The position numbers and the translations under genes were made by a program. From contig NC_058368.1 of NCBI RefSeq assembly GCF_018350175.1, positions 148,616,001 through 148,680,000 on the forward strand: a stretch of DNA of 64,000 bases, written 5' to 3'. This DNA is from Felis catus (lineage: Eukaryota). Numbering within the stretch: position 1 is the stretch's first letter; every line of letters starts with the position of its first letter. This document shows positions 13,060 to 26,676 of the stretch, in pieces. The notes under the pieces were generated by a model. It saw only the letters and a list, made by a program, of their open reading frames with translations. It had not been told where the DNA came from and made no database searches.

Positions 13060-16000
13060 GTATGGCATATGTATATGTATATATACATACACATGCTTGC
13101 CACATGGCTTTCCTTTTATACCATCCAGAAGTGAAGTCTCCTCTACCCTTAAATCGGGCCTGACGTTGTGTATCTACTATATGCTCAGCATTTATCTGTA
13201 ATCTACCAGAACTTCTTTAATGCACCCATGTATTTAAAATATATGTTCTTAAATAGGAAGAGATTCACATTGATAAAATTATCTGTGTGATTTGACAGAT
13301 GCTTACATTGTGTAGAGCCTCAGATAACTTGGACTTGAAGCTATATAGAGAAATAAAGAAAATTACAGGTGAGATGTCAGTCTGGGGCTATTCTAGGATT
13401 AGTTTAGAGACAAAGTTGAATAATGCACATCATATTACACAGGAAAGACAAGCTATAAAGACATTTTGAAATGTCAGAATAAAAGGAAAAGTTTACTTTG
13501 AAAGTTAGCAAAAGAAAAGTTATACAATAGATCTTTAAAGCCATCAATTTATATAACTATATTCCAGTACATATAATGTTATCTGTTATAGGCCAAAAAC
13601 ATACAGTGATGAGGAGAATTTGGAAGCAGTGATATTGAACAGGAAATGAGAAAATGTGCTTGCTTGTGAACATGCCAGTGTTGAAATGCTTGAAAGAAAT
13701 GGAAAGGTAATAGGTGAAAATATGGGTCTAATGCTCAGGAAGGAAAAGAGGCTGGAAATACATATTTGGAACTTATAAGCTTACTGAATACAGTGAAAGA
13801 ATGGAAGGGACTGTGATCTCCAAACACAGTACAAATTTAGAGAAAAATTGACCATGACACCACTATTTTAAGTATAGACTGAGGACAAAGAGGCAATGAA
13901 AATAGCACAAGGCACAAAAAAAGTGACTGTGATATGGAAGGAAAATATAGAGAATCCAGGCAAGAAAGGGGTATCTTGTTTTTTGGTTTTTGTTGTTGTT
14001 ATGATTTTAGGGGGTAGTAAAGAGACATAATAAAAGAAGCACAAGTCTTTATTTCTGGGTATGCTTTTCCAAAGGGGTGATAAACAATATAATAACCTAT
14101 AACAACATTTTAGCAGTACTCCATTCATTGTTAGTGACTTTAGAATTTATGTTTTAACAAAGTTAATTCATCTTGTAGATACAGGAACATAAATCTGGCT
14201 CAAACCACCCTGAATTTAATTTAGCTATCCGTGTATATATGTTGGCTCTACTTTAAATCTCCACAATAATGAGCTTTAAGAGAAATTCAATGATTAGCAA
14301 ATCATAGAATAAGATTTTAAAACAGATAAACCATTTAACTATTCTTAAAATGTGATTTGTTCCTCTTCAAAAATTAAACTTAATTTTAACAATTCTATGT
14401 TCAAATGTATTTCTTTTCCATTATTTCTATTATTTTCTATTGTGCATGTACATTGATCATTGCTAACAAAATGAAAAACACTGCTTTCTTTGAAGGCAGA
14501 ATAGTTAGCAATGAACCAGGACCTTGTTGAGTCTGGGATATCACCTAGTCTTTCAAGATTATCAGCCTCCTGTGACTTGAGGAAGATTGCTTTCTCTTAT
14601 CATGGAAGATTTTCTAGCATATTAATTTATATGCAGATCAAAGCTCCAATCCTTTCATTAAGGTGATTCAATATTACTATTTAGCTTACGACTATTTTTG
14701 CAACATGTTGTTGATTGCTTTTAATAATTAACCAAAAAGCAGATAGTTCTGCATTTAGTCAGAACATTCATTCTAATCTTTTTGAATTCAGAAGAATTAC
14801 TGTGTTGATATCCTTCCCAAACTCGTTATAATAAAATTTATAGGTATATAAAAGTGAAATGAATTGCTATCTCTTTGAAAAGCCTTATTCAAAATACAGT
14901 TTATCTCAAAATTTATATTCAAGGCAAACTATCACCACTGAGACATTTAAATTCTGTTTGTTTTCTGGGAGAAAGGAAGTTCTGTGTTTTAGTGTATGAT
15001 TTCCGTAATGAAACTTCAGAATTAAATTAGGCATGTTTGTAAATTGTACTGATTCTGTAAAAGAGATACATGGTTATATTAGTTCAAAAAGTAGTATGAT
15101 ATGATACTACAATTCATATTAAAATAAATGTGATTGCTGTTTGGAATCTGTACTGATAAGTATATATACATCTTTTTTAAAAAACCTATCCACAGATTCA
15201 TCCCAGCATTAACTACCATCTTCTCAGGGAAGTTTTATAAATTTCATTTAAAGTATTTCAGAAAGGAAAGGAGATTTTGAGAAATAACTCTCCCAGCTGA
15301 ATACATATATAATATGCAAAATAAGCCCTGTTAACTTCATGTCCTAATATTAAAGTTCTGCAGTTGGAATTGAGCTTAAAAAAGAAGAGAGGACATATTA
15401 ATTTTCCATGTATTAAGATCAACTTAAATCCTTTACTGCCCAATAACACCCCTATAAACTTGTGTTCTTTGATGTGCTAGTCTGAAAATCCTGAACAGTT
15501 TAAAAAAAACACATTGATCTTATAGTTCTTTGGTGACCTTTGTATGAAAATCATTTGGATCTGAAAAACACATGTTAGTGTTCCCCCCTCAGTTTCATTT
15601 TTGGAATAAATATCAAGAGTTGGTGCTATGCTTTTAATCAGTTGTAAGGTATTAGAAAGCCTGACATGATAAATCAGTAAGTATATCATGCACTGACATC
15701 TTACATGAAAATGAACATATCTGCATAGGTTCTACTATATGATATACCCATAGTAAACAAGCATCATAATATAAATTAATTTTTTTCCTTCTCTGTACTG
15801 CATCATTTTGTTTCTACTTTTATGACAGCATTCCTATTCTCCTATACATGGTAATTATCTATGTTCCTCTTTCCCAATATATTTAAGTTTTGAAGGGTGG
15901 GCACTAAGTTTGATGAAACTTTATATATATTCTGAATTCATAAATTAGTTATTCACTTATGGTTTTCTGAATTAACACACCCTTTGACAGATACCTGGAA

Positions 16001-16328
16001 GAATTTCAAGTATCTGAGTTGATGTATATTATAGTTAATAGATTATATATTTATATATCTTAGTGAAATAAAATATTATATTACCTTCAAATCCTGGAGA
16101 AGTAAGCATCTGATATATGTGAGTGTGTGTATACACACATATACATACACACACACACACACACATATATAATATAAAATGTATTTAAAATAAATATAAG
16201 ATATAAAACATACATGTGTTTTATATATTATATATAAAATAAATTAATACATATTTATATCATAATGATATAAAATGTTACATCACCTATAAACTCTGGA
16301 CAAGTGATGCTTTTTAAAAGTGGGTCAT

Positions 16329-16570
16329 GGGCTACCTGGGTGGCTCAGTCGATTAAAGACACAGTCAGACTCTTGGTTTCACCTCACATCATGATCTCAT
16401 GGTTTGTGAGTTCAAACCCCTTGTTCTGCAGAGCCTGTTGCGAAACAACATGGAGGATGCTCGGGATTCTCTCTCTTTCCCTCTCTCTCTGCCCTTCCCT
16501 GCTCACGCTTTCTTTATCTCTCGCGCACGCACTCTCAAAATAAATAAACATTAAAAATAAATAAACTTTT
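16329..16570 (+). mobile_element. Can-SINE
   Basis: gggctacctgggtggctcagtc head, (CT)n, A tail; degenerate TSD aaaagtgggtca/aaaagtaggtta. Confidence 0.9.
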
Positions 16571-16616
16571 AAAAAGTAGGTTAAAAATACAATAATAAAA
16601 TCTGTATTTTAAAAAT

Positions 16617-16820
16617 ATTTTTTTCCAATGTTTATTTTTGAGAGACAGAGACAGAGTGAGCGGGGAGGGACAGACAGAGAGGGAGACACAGAATCCGAAG
16701 TAGGTTCCAAGCTCTGAGCTGTCAGTACAGAGCCTGACTCGAGGCTTGAGCCCACAAATCATGAGATTGTGACCTGAGCCAAAGTTGCATGCTTAACCGA
16801 CTGAGCCACCCAGGTGCCCC
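16617..16820 (-). mobile_element. Can-SINE
   Basis: Ends gactgagccacccaggtgcccc; TSD aaaatctgtatttt/aaaatatgtatttt. Confidence 0.93.
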
Positions 16821-17114
16821 AAAATATGTATTTTTAAATAGTGATAATTTATGAATATTATTTGCACAAGCATATTTTCCATGTAATAGTTTCCAAATGT
16901 ATATCCTCTATAATTAAACAACAGCTCTTTCATTATAATGATACTCTCAATTCAACTATAGTAAATTTTTTGATATTTAAAAAACATTTACTACAGTCAG
17001 CATATAAATTCATATGAAATCATACATCCATTTTCTATAAGGAATGACTTATAAGTATTAGATTTTAGTATAGAAATAATTAGCTGAACTTTAACTCTTC
17101 TACTTTCTCCTCCT

Positions 17115-17312
17115 TTTATTATTATTATTGATTTATTTTAGACAGACAGTGAGTGGGGGAGAGGGGCAGAGGGAGAGAGAGAGACAATCTTAAGCAGCTT
17201 CCATGCTCAGTGGGGAGCCCAAAACAGGGCTGGATTCCATGAACTATGAGACCATGACCTGAGCTGAAATCAAGAGTTGGATGCTCAACTGATTGAGCCA
17301 TCTGGGTGCCCC
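17115..17312 (-). mobile_element. Can-SINE
   Basis: gaggggcagagggagagaga...catgacctgagctgaaatcaagag...tctgggtgcccc. Confidence 0.9.
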
Positions 17313-17492
17313 TATTAGTATTTTTAATCCCTATCCTTAATTTAACAATAAATTAATTTATTAGTAGTAAAGTAAAGAGAACTTAGGTGGAAGATTCTTT
17401 ATAGTAATAAAACTATGGTACTAGCAAGAAGGAAATTTGAGTTTTGGAGAAGTCAGTATGTTTTCTAATTCAGCAACAAATATAGAAAACAA

Positions 17493-17596
17493 TAGATATT
17501 ACCATTATAAGAACTAATAGGTAATGATAATCAAGGAAGTATACTAGATATTACCATTATAAGAACTAATAGGTAATGATAATCAAGGAAGTATAC
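17493..17596. repeat. Perfect 52-bp tandem duplication
   Basis: tagatattaccattataagaactaataggtaatgataatcaaggaagtatac at 17493-17544 and 17545-17596. Confidence 0.97.
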
Positions 17597-18049
17597 TTTA
17601 TTTCTTAGAGATTTTCATACAGATATTGCAGTCACATTATAGCATGTTACACCCTATATGTCCTAGTATATCATTCCATATATTGAAAGTTCATAGTCAT
17701 CTATAGAGTTAACCTATATAACTGTAGAGGCTAATCATCCAGGCCTATAAAATTAGCCATGTTAGTCTCTCTTTTTTTTTTTTTTACATTTCTGTTTTAT
17801 GATCTTCAACTCAATAGTTCTGTATACGTTTTTGAGTAGACGAGAAGGGAACGCAGAAAACCAAAAGTGATAGTTACAACACTAGTGAAAATTTAAATAC
17901 AAAATTATGTTCAGTTTCTGAAATTTCAGAAGAGAATTTTGATAGGTTTTCAAGCCAGGCATAGGAATAGAGACAGTAGTAGTAGTAATAGTGGTAGTGG
18001 TAATAATATCATTATTATTATTATAGATTCCTTTAGGATATCATTCATC

Positions 18050-19025
18050 TTACTGAGAAGGAGGTATTGTGAATTAGATCACAGAGTACTATTTAAAGGA
18101 CAACCAGATAAGAGGAAGGATTGAGAGTTTATTTTGTTAAAATGAGTAGATGAGAAATTGAGAAAAGGGATAGAAGAAACAATGAAAAGATTCTCATTTT
18201 CTTTCTCCATTCCCCTTACTCCATTCTAGGTTGAGCCTAGAAAGGAGTATGGCTTTAGAGAAAAATGATAATTAGGGAGACCTCACCAGTGTGGATACTT
18301 GTGCCACACTCTAATCTGTGAGTTCCAACCACAGTGAAATAACTCTAGTGGTATTTATAATTAAACAGAAAGTAGACAGTGTTTACCTTTCCAGAGTGGT
18401 CCTTGATTCTGTTCTAGTATGAGTGGGTCTAAGGAGCATCTGAGATGTTAGTCAAGGGAATTTTCAGGAGGCACTTGCCATAGAGAACCCTTTAGAAGCT
18501 AAGAGGGGACCCATTTGTCTAGCTGAAGAACAAATGAGAGTCAGAATTGGACCTCGGCTGCATGTGTGAAGAATGCTCTGAATTCCAAGAGGAGCTGGGG
18601 AAAAGACAAAGAAGGCAAGCAAGTCTGCTAGATACTGGTAAGCACAGAATAAGAAAGCCCAACTTACACAAACCACTATCTTTAGCACAAATGCTGGCTG
18701 GTTGTGCAATGACAAAGCATACAACGGATGTTGCTATGAAAACATGATATCCATCAAGAGGATTCCATGAGACCTAACAGCTTATTTCCAGTGACACAAC
18801 AGACTATTATTTCCTTTACCCATTCCTTACCATTTACTAAGTATCCTGGAAATAATGGGAAATTTAATGACTTGAGGCTTTTTACTTGAAAAGCTGAACA
18901 CTTTAAAGAATTGTCTTATTACCACAGTTTTAAGTTACCCCTATGAAAGGGATAAGTGGTTTCCAATTAAGACAAGATTAATTTAGACAAAACATAGAAA
19001 CTACACTTTTTGAGTACACTTGTAA
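18050..19025 (+). mobile_element. Possible ancient LTR remnant, family uncertain
   Basis: Purine-rich block loosely resembling ancient eutherian LTRs; no TSD visible. Confidence 0.3.
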
Positions 19026-19099
19026 ATATATATTCTACTCTACTATAAAAGAAATGTTTATTTCTTTTGGTTGCCCCATCAGTAACTGGTATTGAAAGA

Positions 19100-19290
19100 A
19101 CAATACACTTGGAGTTGAGATATGGTTTGGATTAGCAGTTCTCCAATTTACGGGCTCAGTGATTTTGGATACGTCAGTTAATTTATAATGCCATCTCTGC
19201 TACATTAACCATTACTGAAAACCCAATACAAATAACATGTAAAAATGACTTGTTTATTGTGATACGATAGACAAGTGAAAAATATTATAA
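19100..19290 (+). mobile_element. MIR relic
   Basis: acttggagttgagatatggtttgg...cagtgattttggatacgtcagttaa resembles the MIR core. Confidence 0.45.
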
Positions 19291-19775
19291 GTGCCCTTAT
19301 GTCTGTTTTCTCAATTTTCTCTTTTTTTTCCCTATCCATTTTATCCTATCTAGGGTAGGAAATATCCTAGGGAAAGGATATGTAGTCCCAACTTAAATCT
19401 GCTGATGTTTACTAACATGAGCCTATACTCATACTGTAGGCTAAAAAATATTAGTTTTTTTAAACTAATGGATATTTTGGAATTTTGTCCATATCACTTA
19501 ATTTTGAAAATTCTTCCACTTAGCATTCATTCCTTTGCTTTCATGGGAGTGGTTTTATATATTTCTTCTTTTAAGGGCCGATAACAGTATTAAACAATAT
19601 GCCACCTAACATCAACTTCAATGTTTTATTCATCCCTCTTTCCCCCCTACTGTATCTGCTCCCTTGTTGAATATTCACATATTTGTGGAAGGAAATGAAA
19701 TGAGTTAATATAAAATGACATATTAATAATCACAGATAGATTAACGAGTTTATTATCACAATTTTAAGCATATAC

Positions 19776-19789
19776 TTTATTTTTTAATG

Positions 19790-19820
<31 letters not shown>

Positions 19821-19985
19821 AATGAGCAAGGAAAGGGCAGAGGGAGAGGGAGAGAGACAATCCCAAGCAGGCTCCCTTCTATCAGCACAGAGCCCAATGC
19901 AAGGCCAGATACCATGAACCTTGAGATCATGACCTGAGCTGAAATTTAGTTGGATGCTTAACTGACTGAACCACACAGGTGTTTC
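19776..19985 (-). mobile_element. Can-SINE
   Basis: T tail, (GA)n, gagatcatgacctgagctgaaa; TSD taagcatatac on both sides. Confidence 0.92.
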
Positions 19986-20429
19986 TAAGCATATACATTA
20001 AAAGGCTTTAATAATGTACTTTCATTCCTTTGCTTTGAACTAAAATTATATTTTCATCTATAGTTATGTAGTACATAATTCATAAGAGCACTCATAATTC
20101 TACAGCTAGATTACATATAATTCATAATTAGTTTAACCAATTACTCTTCCTCCTCTACAATTACTTTTTTAAAAATTTTATATATGCACTTTTCCATAAT
20201 CCCTACAAATATGTAAAATATAGGTATGTATGTATATGTGAGTATATGTATGTATACATACATACATACATATGTATACATATACTCACACATACAGATC
20301 AAACACATGAAGAAATTCTACACAGCTTTGTTTTCAGAAGACATACATTGCACCAAAAATCACAGCGGGTTTAACCTACTTCCTCAAAGGACAAGCTCAC
20401 TTCTTTTTTTGGTTAATTTTTTTCTTTAT

Positions 20430-20653
20430 TTTTCCTTAAAAAAATTTTTAACGTTTATTTATTATTGAGAGACAGAGAGAGACAGAGCAAGATCACGGGA
20501 GAGGCAGAGAGAGAGGGAGACACAGAATCCGAAGCAGCCTCCAGGCTCTGAGCTGTTAGCACAGAGCCGGACGCGGGGCTCCAACCAGGAACCGCGAGAT
20601 CATGACCTGAGCTGAAGTCGGAAACTTAGCCAACTGAGTCCCCCAGGCGCCCC
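20430..20653 (-). mobile_element. Can-SINE (cat type, CpG-retaining)
   Basis: gacacagaatccgaagcag...gacgcggggctc...caggcgcccc; TSD tggttaattttt/tggataattttt. Confidence 0.93.
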
Positions 20654-23600
20654 TGGATAATTTTTTTTTTCTCTTTTCTCTATCAGGTTATTCTGAGACC
20701 AAATCCCCTTCATTAACACTCTTTGAGTTTCAGTCAGAATTCTCTTTAGCTCAGTTTCAGTTACACCTTTGATCCAACACGTGATGCCAAGTCTAGAAGG
20801 CAATCAGTGCTAATCGCCACAAGACTTGAATAGCATTCTGCTTCAAACAACAGTGCAAAGTCTAATGATCCTTCTGGCTTTTGTTGCTGAAAGTCAAAGG
20901 AATCAGAACTTCCTACACTTGATGTTGTGGTAAATAAAACACAATGCAGAAACAGGTGCTGAAGCAGTGTTTCTTCTGGACCATGGGGGTTCACAAGAAA
21001 ACAGGACTACATGGCCAGTGGCAACACATATTAAACCAAATGAGATACAAAGGACAGTTTACTTACTTGAAAGGAGTTCATGAGGATGTATAAAAATAAA
21101 AACTAGAATACCATGGACCCACACTAAAATAAGTGAAATATATTTTAATTATATTTATACCAAGGAAAGAGCTCAATAATTTCTTATAAAATGTGTAATG
21201 TTTAAGAGAGAAATAAAAATGGTAAGTCCTAACATAACAAAAAATGCATTTTTTATGCATTAATTATTTTATCAAATGAGTAAAATCAACTGTCACATAC
21301 ATTAATTTTTTTGGTCACTATCAATTCATCATTTTTAGTGTATGTTTATAAGTATGTCTAAGATATTTGCCTTCAAAAATATAAGACTGTAAGTATAGTC
21401 TAATAATTTGGGACCAGTCTTAGGTTGTTAACTTTATGAGAGATTTCAGGGTAGTATTAGGTTCTTAGCAAGATAGTGATTTTTTTAAAATATTTAATAT
21501 ACATGTAATAATATAAAATTAATTTAACACTCAACTGAATAATTGTCCGATAATTGAAATTGTGTATATGTATGTGGGTGTGTGTATTTTTCTAGAGACA
21601 TTTTCTGATTTTTATTTCTTATTCTTGAATACTTAATTTTGAATCTTATCATTACTCATGGTTTTTAGCCTTCATATAGTTTACTATTAATGTGACTCCT
21701 TGTTGGTATATATTGTAGCACATGTACTTTCTGCAGTAAGCTTATAAACCATTTCACATTGTAGAATCTAGCAAAACCATACATAATGTTATTGGACATT
21801 TAGAACAATAATGAATTCACAGCCCTTAAGAATACAGTCCACAATTTCAATTATATCATGGAGATAATGATAAATTGATAAGGCCATGTTTTGAAATCTT
21901 TAACATTTAGTGACACATATTAATTCTTTCAATGAATAAATAATCAAGTGTTGCCATATGCAAAGTCCTGGAGATGCATCAATGTGTAAAACTTACTGTA
22001 GATAGCAACATTTAGGCAAATATATAACAATGTTTATTATGTATTATACAATATATAATACATATATGTGTATATAATGTTTATTATGTATATGTACAAT
22101 ATATAATAATGTTTATTATTATGTATTATTATCCATGTACATGATTAAAGCTCATGGAAAGAATAGTCAATCCAAATTTGATATTCATAAATAAGGTACA
22201 AGCTTGAGCTTTAAGCAAAAGCAGGGAAATTCTATAAACTGCAATTTCTTCCCTGCATCTCTCTTTCTTTCTTTCCATATTCTTTACCTTCTTTATAGCA
22301 GATGATAAATTTTAAAAGGTGAGACAGAGAAATTGCAAATCTCAATAGTTCACTAGGGCCAGAGCACAGAATACATATTAGAAGTATATAAAAATAAATA
22401 TGTTGGATAAAAAAAATGTACTTCACTTAATGAACCAAGATTGAAAATATGTGTGCTGTTAAAAAAAAATACCACAGCTTATCTAGTGTTTAAATAACTT
22501 TTGAGAAACCAAAACATATTTTGTGCATTTAATTATTCTAAAAATAAACAAATAATCAAAAGCATAAAGCTTTCCTAGAACAGCCATATATGAGAAGAAG
22601 AAAAATAAAAGCAGAGTGCTCTGGGCTCATGTTGAATTGTAATTGAGGTATAGGTTCTTTGCCTTTTTAGGCTTTCCTTTTCTAATCCTCATGAAATATC
22701 CCATCCCATATTGCCAGTAAAATGAACTTCAAACCCCTTTAGCTCTGTTCTCTACAAAGGCACAGGCTATCTTTATCTTCACAGATAATCAACTGAAGTA
22801 CATAATCAATGAGTATCTTCTGAATGCATGAATGAATATATGAAGGATTGAAATGGCTGTAAGTAATATTATGGTTCCAGGATATGCCATTTGAAAGATA
22901 TGGGTCATATCTTCCTCTTACTTGGAAGTACATTTTCTCACAGTGAAATTCACAGATCTTAAATATAAAATTGGTGTTTGACAAAGAGTATCTCCAAGTA
23001 ATCAATAACTTCATAATTCCATTAATGCAGAATATTTCTTTGTGCCCCATTCCAATTGATTCAAAATCCAGAAAAAGGCAATATTTTTCTGATTTTCACC
23101 ATTGATCAGTTTTTCCAGATCTTGAAAGTCCTATAAAACGAATCCCAATATAATAATCTTTGGGTATGACTTATTTTACTTGACTTGAGAATCAAATATC
23201 TGTCAAATACTGGCACTAATTATGCAATGATGAATGAATCATAGAATTTGCTTTTGTAAAATTTGTTTTCTACTAAGGGAAACATATTAAACTAACATCA
23301 AAGTGGATCAATACAAAATTACATGCTGTGATTGGTACCTGGAGAGTTTCAGAAACTGAAAAAAAAAAGTTTGTTATCAATAACAAATGATTGACTAGAT
23401 AGTAGTTAAAAATAAGGTCATAAAAAAAGGGTAAAAAAATAAGGTCAAAACAAGATACACAGGACAAGATCACACAGGTTATATTAAAGATTTCTGTTTC
23501 TTTCACCTTAAGTACAATTAAAACTGACAGGAGAATTTAACAACAACAACAAAATAACATGGTTCAATTTTCTTTTCAAATAAGTCAGTCCTTATGGATG

Positions 23601-23949
23601 GGAAGCTCCCATCCTTCTAGCCACATGCTTCTAAATGGATTGATTTTCCTTTTATACAAGAAACATTTTTAATCATCTGTCTTCTTGTTTCATCATCTTG
23701 ATAATTTTTCTGAGTCAGGTTCACATTTACATTTGTTAATCCCTTTCACCAGTTCCAAGATTATTTTCTTTTCCTTGTTTTTTTCTTTGATTTTGAGCTT
23801 ATTCTCACAGGGTTTTTTTCCTATTTTTCTTCTTCAACTTTTCTTTTTTTAATGTGTGTGATAGGCTATTTTTCAAATTGACTAGCCTAGATCAATTCAA
23901 TATTATTGTCAAAAGCTGCCTTCCCAAACATTATAAACACAAATGCTGA

Positions 23950-24370
23950 TAGGACAAAACTTGCTTACTGTGGTAAGGGATAAAATATCTCAAAATTTTC
24001 AGTGTCTGGGAGAGGGAAGGTGAGGTCAAAATTTTTTTCAGGAATACAAGTTTGTTTTAAGACAATTTTATTTTTAAGATGAGAGGGAGCTTTGTTAAGA
24101 TTGGGAAAGCATCATGATAGAGTAGCCCAGGATTGGTAGAAACAACCAGATGAAGATTTTAAGGTGAGAGATTGAAAGAATCAGAGCAAAATGAATTGCC
24201 TGTTGACAGGTTCACATAACTTTCTGGAAGTTACTATAATGAACAATCAAAGCATTTGCCTGGACAGAATACCTGGAAAAATAAAGTCATGCTAATGAAA
24301 AGAGAAATAGCAAAGTCATACTAATGAAGAGAAAGAACGACTTCATAATAACGTCGACAATAACATATGA
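23950..24370 (-). mobile_element. Possible old ERV1-class LTR remnant
   Basis: cttgcttactgtggtaaggga...cagtgtctgggagagggaagg resembles antisense LTR U5/R; internal short repeat aaagtcat(g/a)ctaatgaa. Confidence 0.3.
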
Positions 24371-24661
24371 TTTTGGTTCTTGGTGTTCTTTCTGAATGTT
24401 TTTCTCCATTTTTGTTGTTGTTGTTGTTGTTGTTGTTCTCTCCTCTCTCTCCCCTCTGTCCACCTCCCATAAATACAGAATTTAACTGACAATACTTTAG
24501 CCCTTCAGAAGTCAGTTCCCAAAAGTGTTTCCAATCCTTCCGTAGTCTAAATTAATTCTGTGATTCAATTCATATTTGGAGATTATAAGACATGCTAATC
24601 AGGTAGGCACTGAGAAATAGTCTTTTTTTCATTCTCTAATAAAATTGCTAAATTCTTTACG

Positions 24662-24865
24662 ATTTTTTTTATTTTTATTTATTTTTGAGAGAGACAGAGT
24701 GCAAATGAGGGAGGAGCAGGGAGAGAGGGAGACACAGAATCTGAAGCAGGATCCAGGCTCTGCGCTGTCAGTACAGAGCCCGATGCAGGGCTTGAACTCC
24801 TAAGCGGTGAGATCATGACCTGGGCTGAAGTTGAACATTTAACATACTGAGCCACCCAGACCCTC
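24662..24865 (-). mobile_element. Can-SINE
   Basis: T tail, gagacacagaatctgaagcagg, gagatcatgacctgggctgaag, ctgagccaccca. Confidence 0.92.
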
Positions 24866-25523
24866 TAAAATACTTAAGATTAAAATAAGTGTTATAATTT
24901 ATGTTATTAAAAATGAAGTTATTTTCAAAATATTTACTAATATCATTTATTCAAAGGACAAACAAAAGAGAACTTGAGGGAATCTGATTTAATAGAATTT
25001 CAAGTATTACGACACATAAAGCAGGAATACATATTGGGAGACTAGGATCTCTTCAGAGTCCCAATTTTTCATATTTATCATTATTTACCCTTATTATGGT
25101 CAGAATAGATTTGTTCACTCTGATACACATACTGGCTTTTTTATTATTCAATCTTTATCATTAATTTTGGAATTAGCCTAACTTTTTTTGTCAGACATTT
25201 CAGATGGGAAAACATATGGCACTGTTGTTGCTTAAATGAAGTAAAAGATAATGTGCTATTATATGGTTATTATGTAAATAGAGTTATTTGAGTCCCAGTG
25301 GGAGATTTTCTAGGTCAGGGTCATACATAATCAGTGGTTTTAAATTTAAGAATATCTTTGAGCAGCAAAATAACAGTAGTTATTATCTTAAGATTAACAA
25401 TATCTTTCTGTCGAAACCTGAAAGTTGAATATGACACCAATCAAGGAAGAATTATATTCAAGTTTAGCACTTAATTCCTACCATGAAAAAGGTTGTTTAC
25501 ATTAAGAAAATATGTATGTTTTA

Positions 25524-25712
25524 GTGGCAGCTGGGTGGCTCAGTCAGTTAAGCATCTGACTTTGGCTTAGTTCATGATCTCACTGCTCATGAGTTCGAGC
25601 CCCGCATGGGGGCAGCTTGGAGCCTAGAGCCTGCTTCGTATTCTGTGTCTCCTTGTCTTTCTGCCCCTCCTCCCCCCCCAATATAAATAAACCTTAAAAA
25701 ATTTAAAAAAAG
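25524..25712 (+). mobile_element. Can-SINE, internally deleted
   Basis: ctgggtggctcagtcagttaagc, gagttcgagccccgc; TSD aagaaaatatgtatgtttt/aagaaaagatgtacgtttt. Confidence 0.9.
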
Positions 25713-25969
25713 AAAAGATGTACGTTTTCTAAAATTCATACTTCTGCTACACATACTCAAAGGCCTATTTATATATAATTTGATAAAACAGTACTTGTTA
25801 TTATTTTTCTAAGTACATTCATCTTTATACCATATTTGGTGCTTTGATGTATATAATTTGGCCTAACAATATAATTTTTACACAGTATAACAAGCCTTTG
25901 GGTTTCCTCACTGCAGTGACAATACACACTAATGTCTGGAAGAATTAGTGTTCTCTATCACATTTCTTA

Positions 25970-26200
25970 TTTTTTTTTAAATTTTTTTTTCAACGTTTAT
26001 TTATTTTTGGGACAGAGAGAGACAGAGCATGAACGGGGGAGGGGCAGAGAGAGAGGGAGACACAGAATCGGAAATAGGCTCCAGGCTCCAGGCTCAGAGC
26101 CATCAGCCCAGAGCCTGACGCGGGGCTCGAACTCACGGAGCGCGAGATCGTGACCTGGCTGAAGTCGGACGCTTAACCGACTGCGCCACCCAGGCGCCCC
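25970..26200 (-). mobile_element. Young cat-type Can-SINE (SINEC_Fc-like)
   Basis: Near-consensus and CpG-rich; ends cgactgcgccacccaggcgcccc; TSD catttc(t/c)tattttt. Confidence 0.96.
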
Positions 26201-26439
26201 CTCATTTCCTATTTTTAAGTAATTATATTTACCAGAAAAGGTAACCTCAGAAATTTCTATTTTGTTGCCTGAAATTCTTTGTCAATGGTTATATTTTTTC
26301 TGAAAACAAAAGATGATATTACTCTGACAGTAAAATAGGGATGATAATTATATTTTTGAAACAAATTGTCTTTTGACAGAGTCTCTTTGTCTCTTTCTGT
26401 AATTCTCAGGCCTCTGAGAGAAAGAGAATTAGAGAGACA

Positions 26440-26676
26440 TTTTTATTTTTTTATTTTTTTTTAATTTTTTTTTCAATATTTATTTATTTTTGGGACAGAG
26501 AGAGACAGAGCATGAACGGGGGAGGGGCAGAGAGAGAGGGAGACACAGAATCCGAAACAGGCTCCAGGCTCTGAGCCATCAGCCCAGAGCCTGACGCGGG
26601 GCTTGAACTCACAGACCGCGAGATTGTGACCTGGCTGAAGTTGGGCGCTTAACCGACTGCGCCACCCAGGCGCCCC
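26440..26676 (-). mobile_element. Young cat-type Can-SINE (SINEC_Fc-like)
   Basis: Near-consensus; TSD core agagacattttt on both sides. Confidence 0.96.

Noticed and set aside
17493..17596. Direct repeats as a CRISPR-like array
   Set aside because: Only two adjacent units with no spacers, in mammalian DNA.
22020..22135. Three imperfect aatgtttattat units
   Set aside because: AT-rich low-complexity slippage, with nothing suggesting function.
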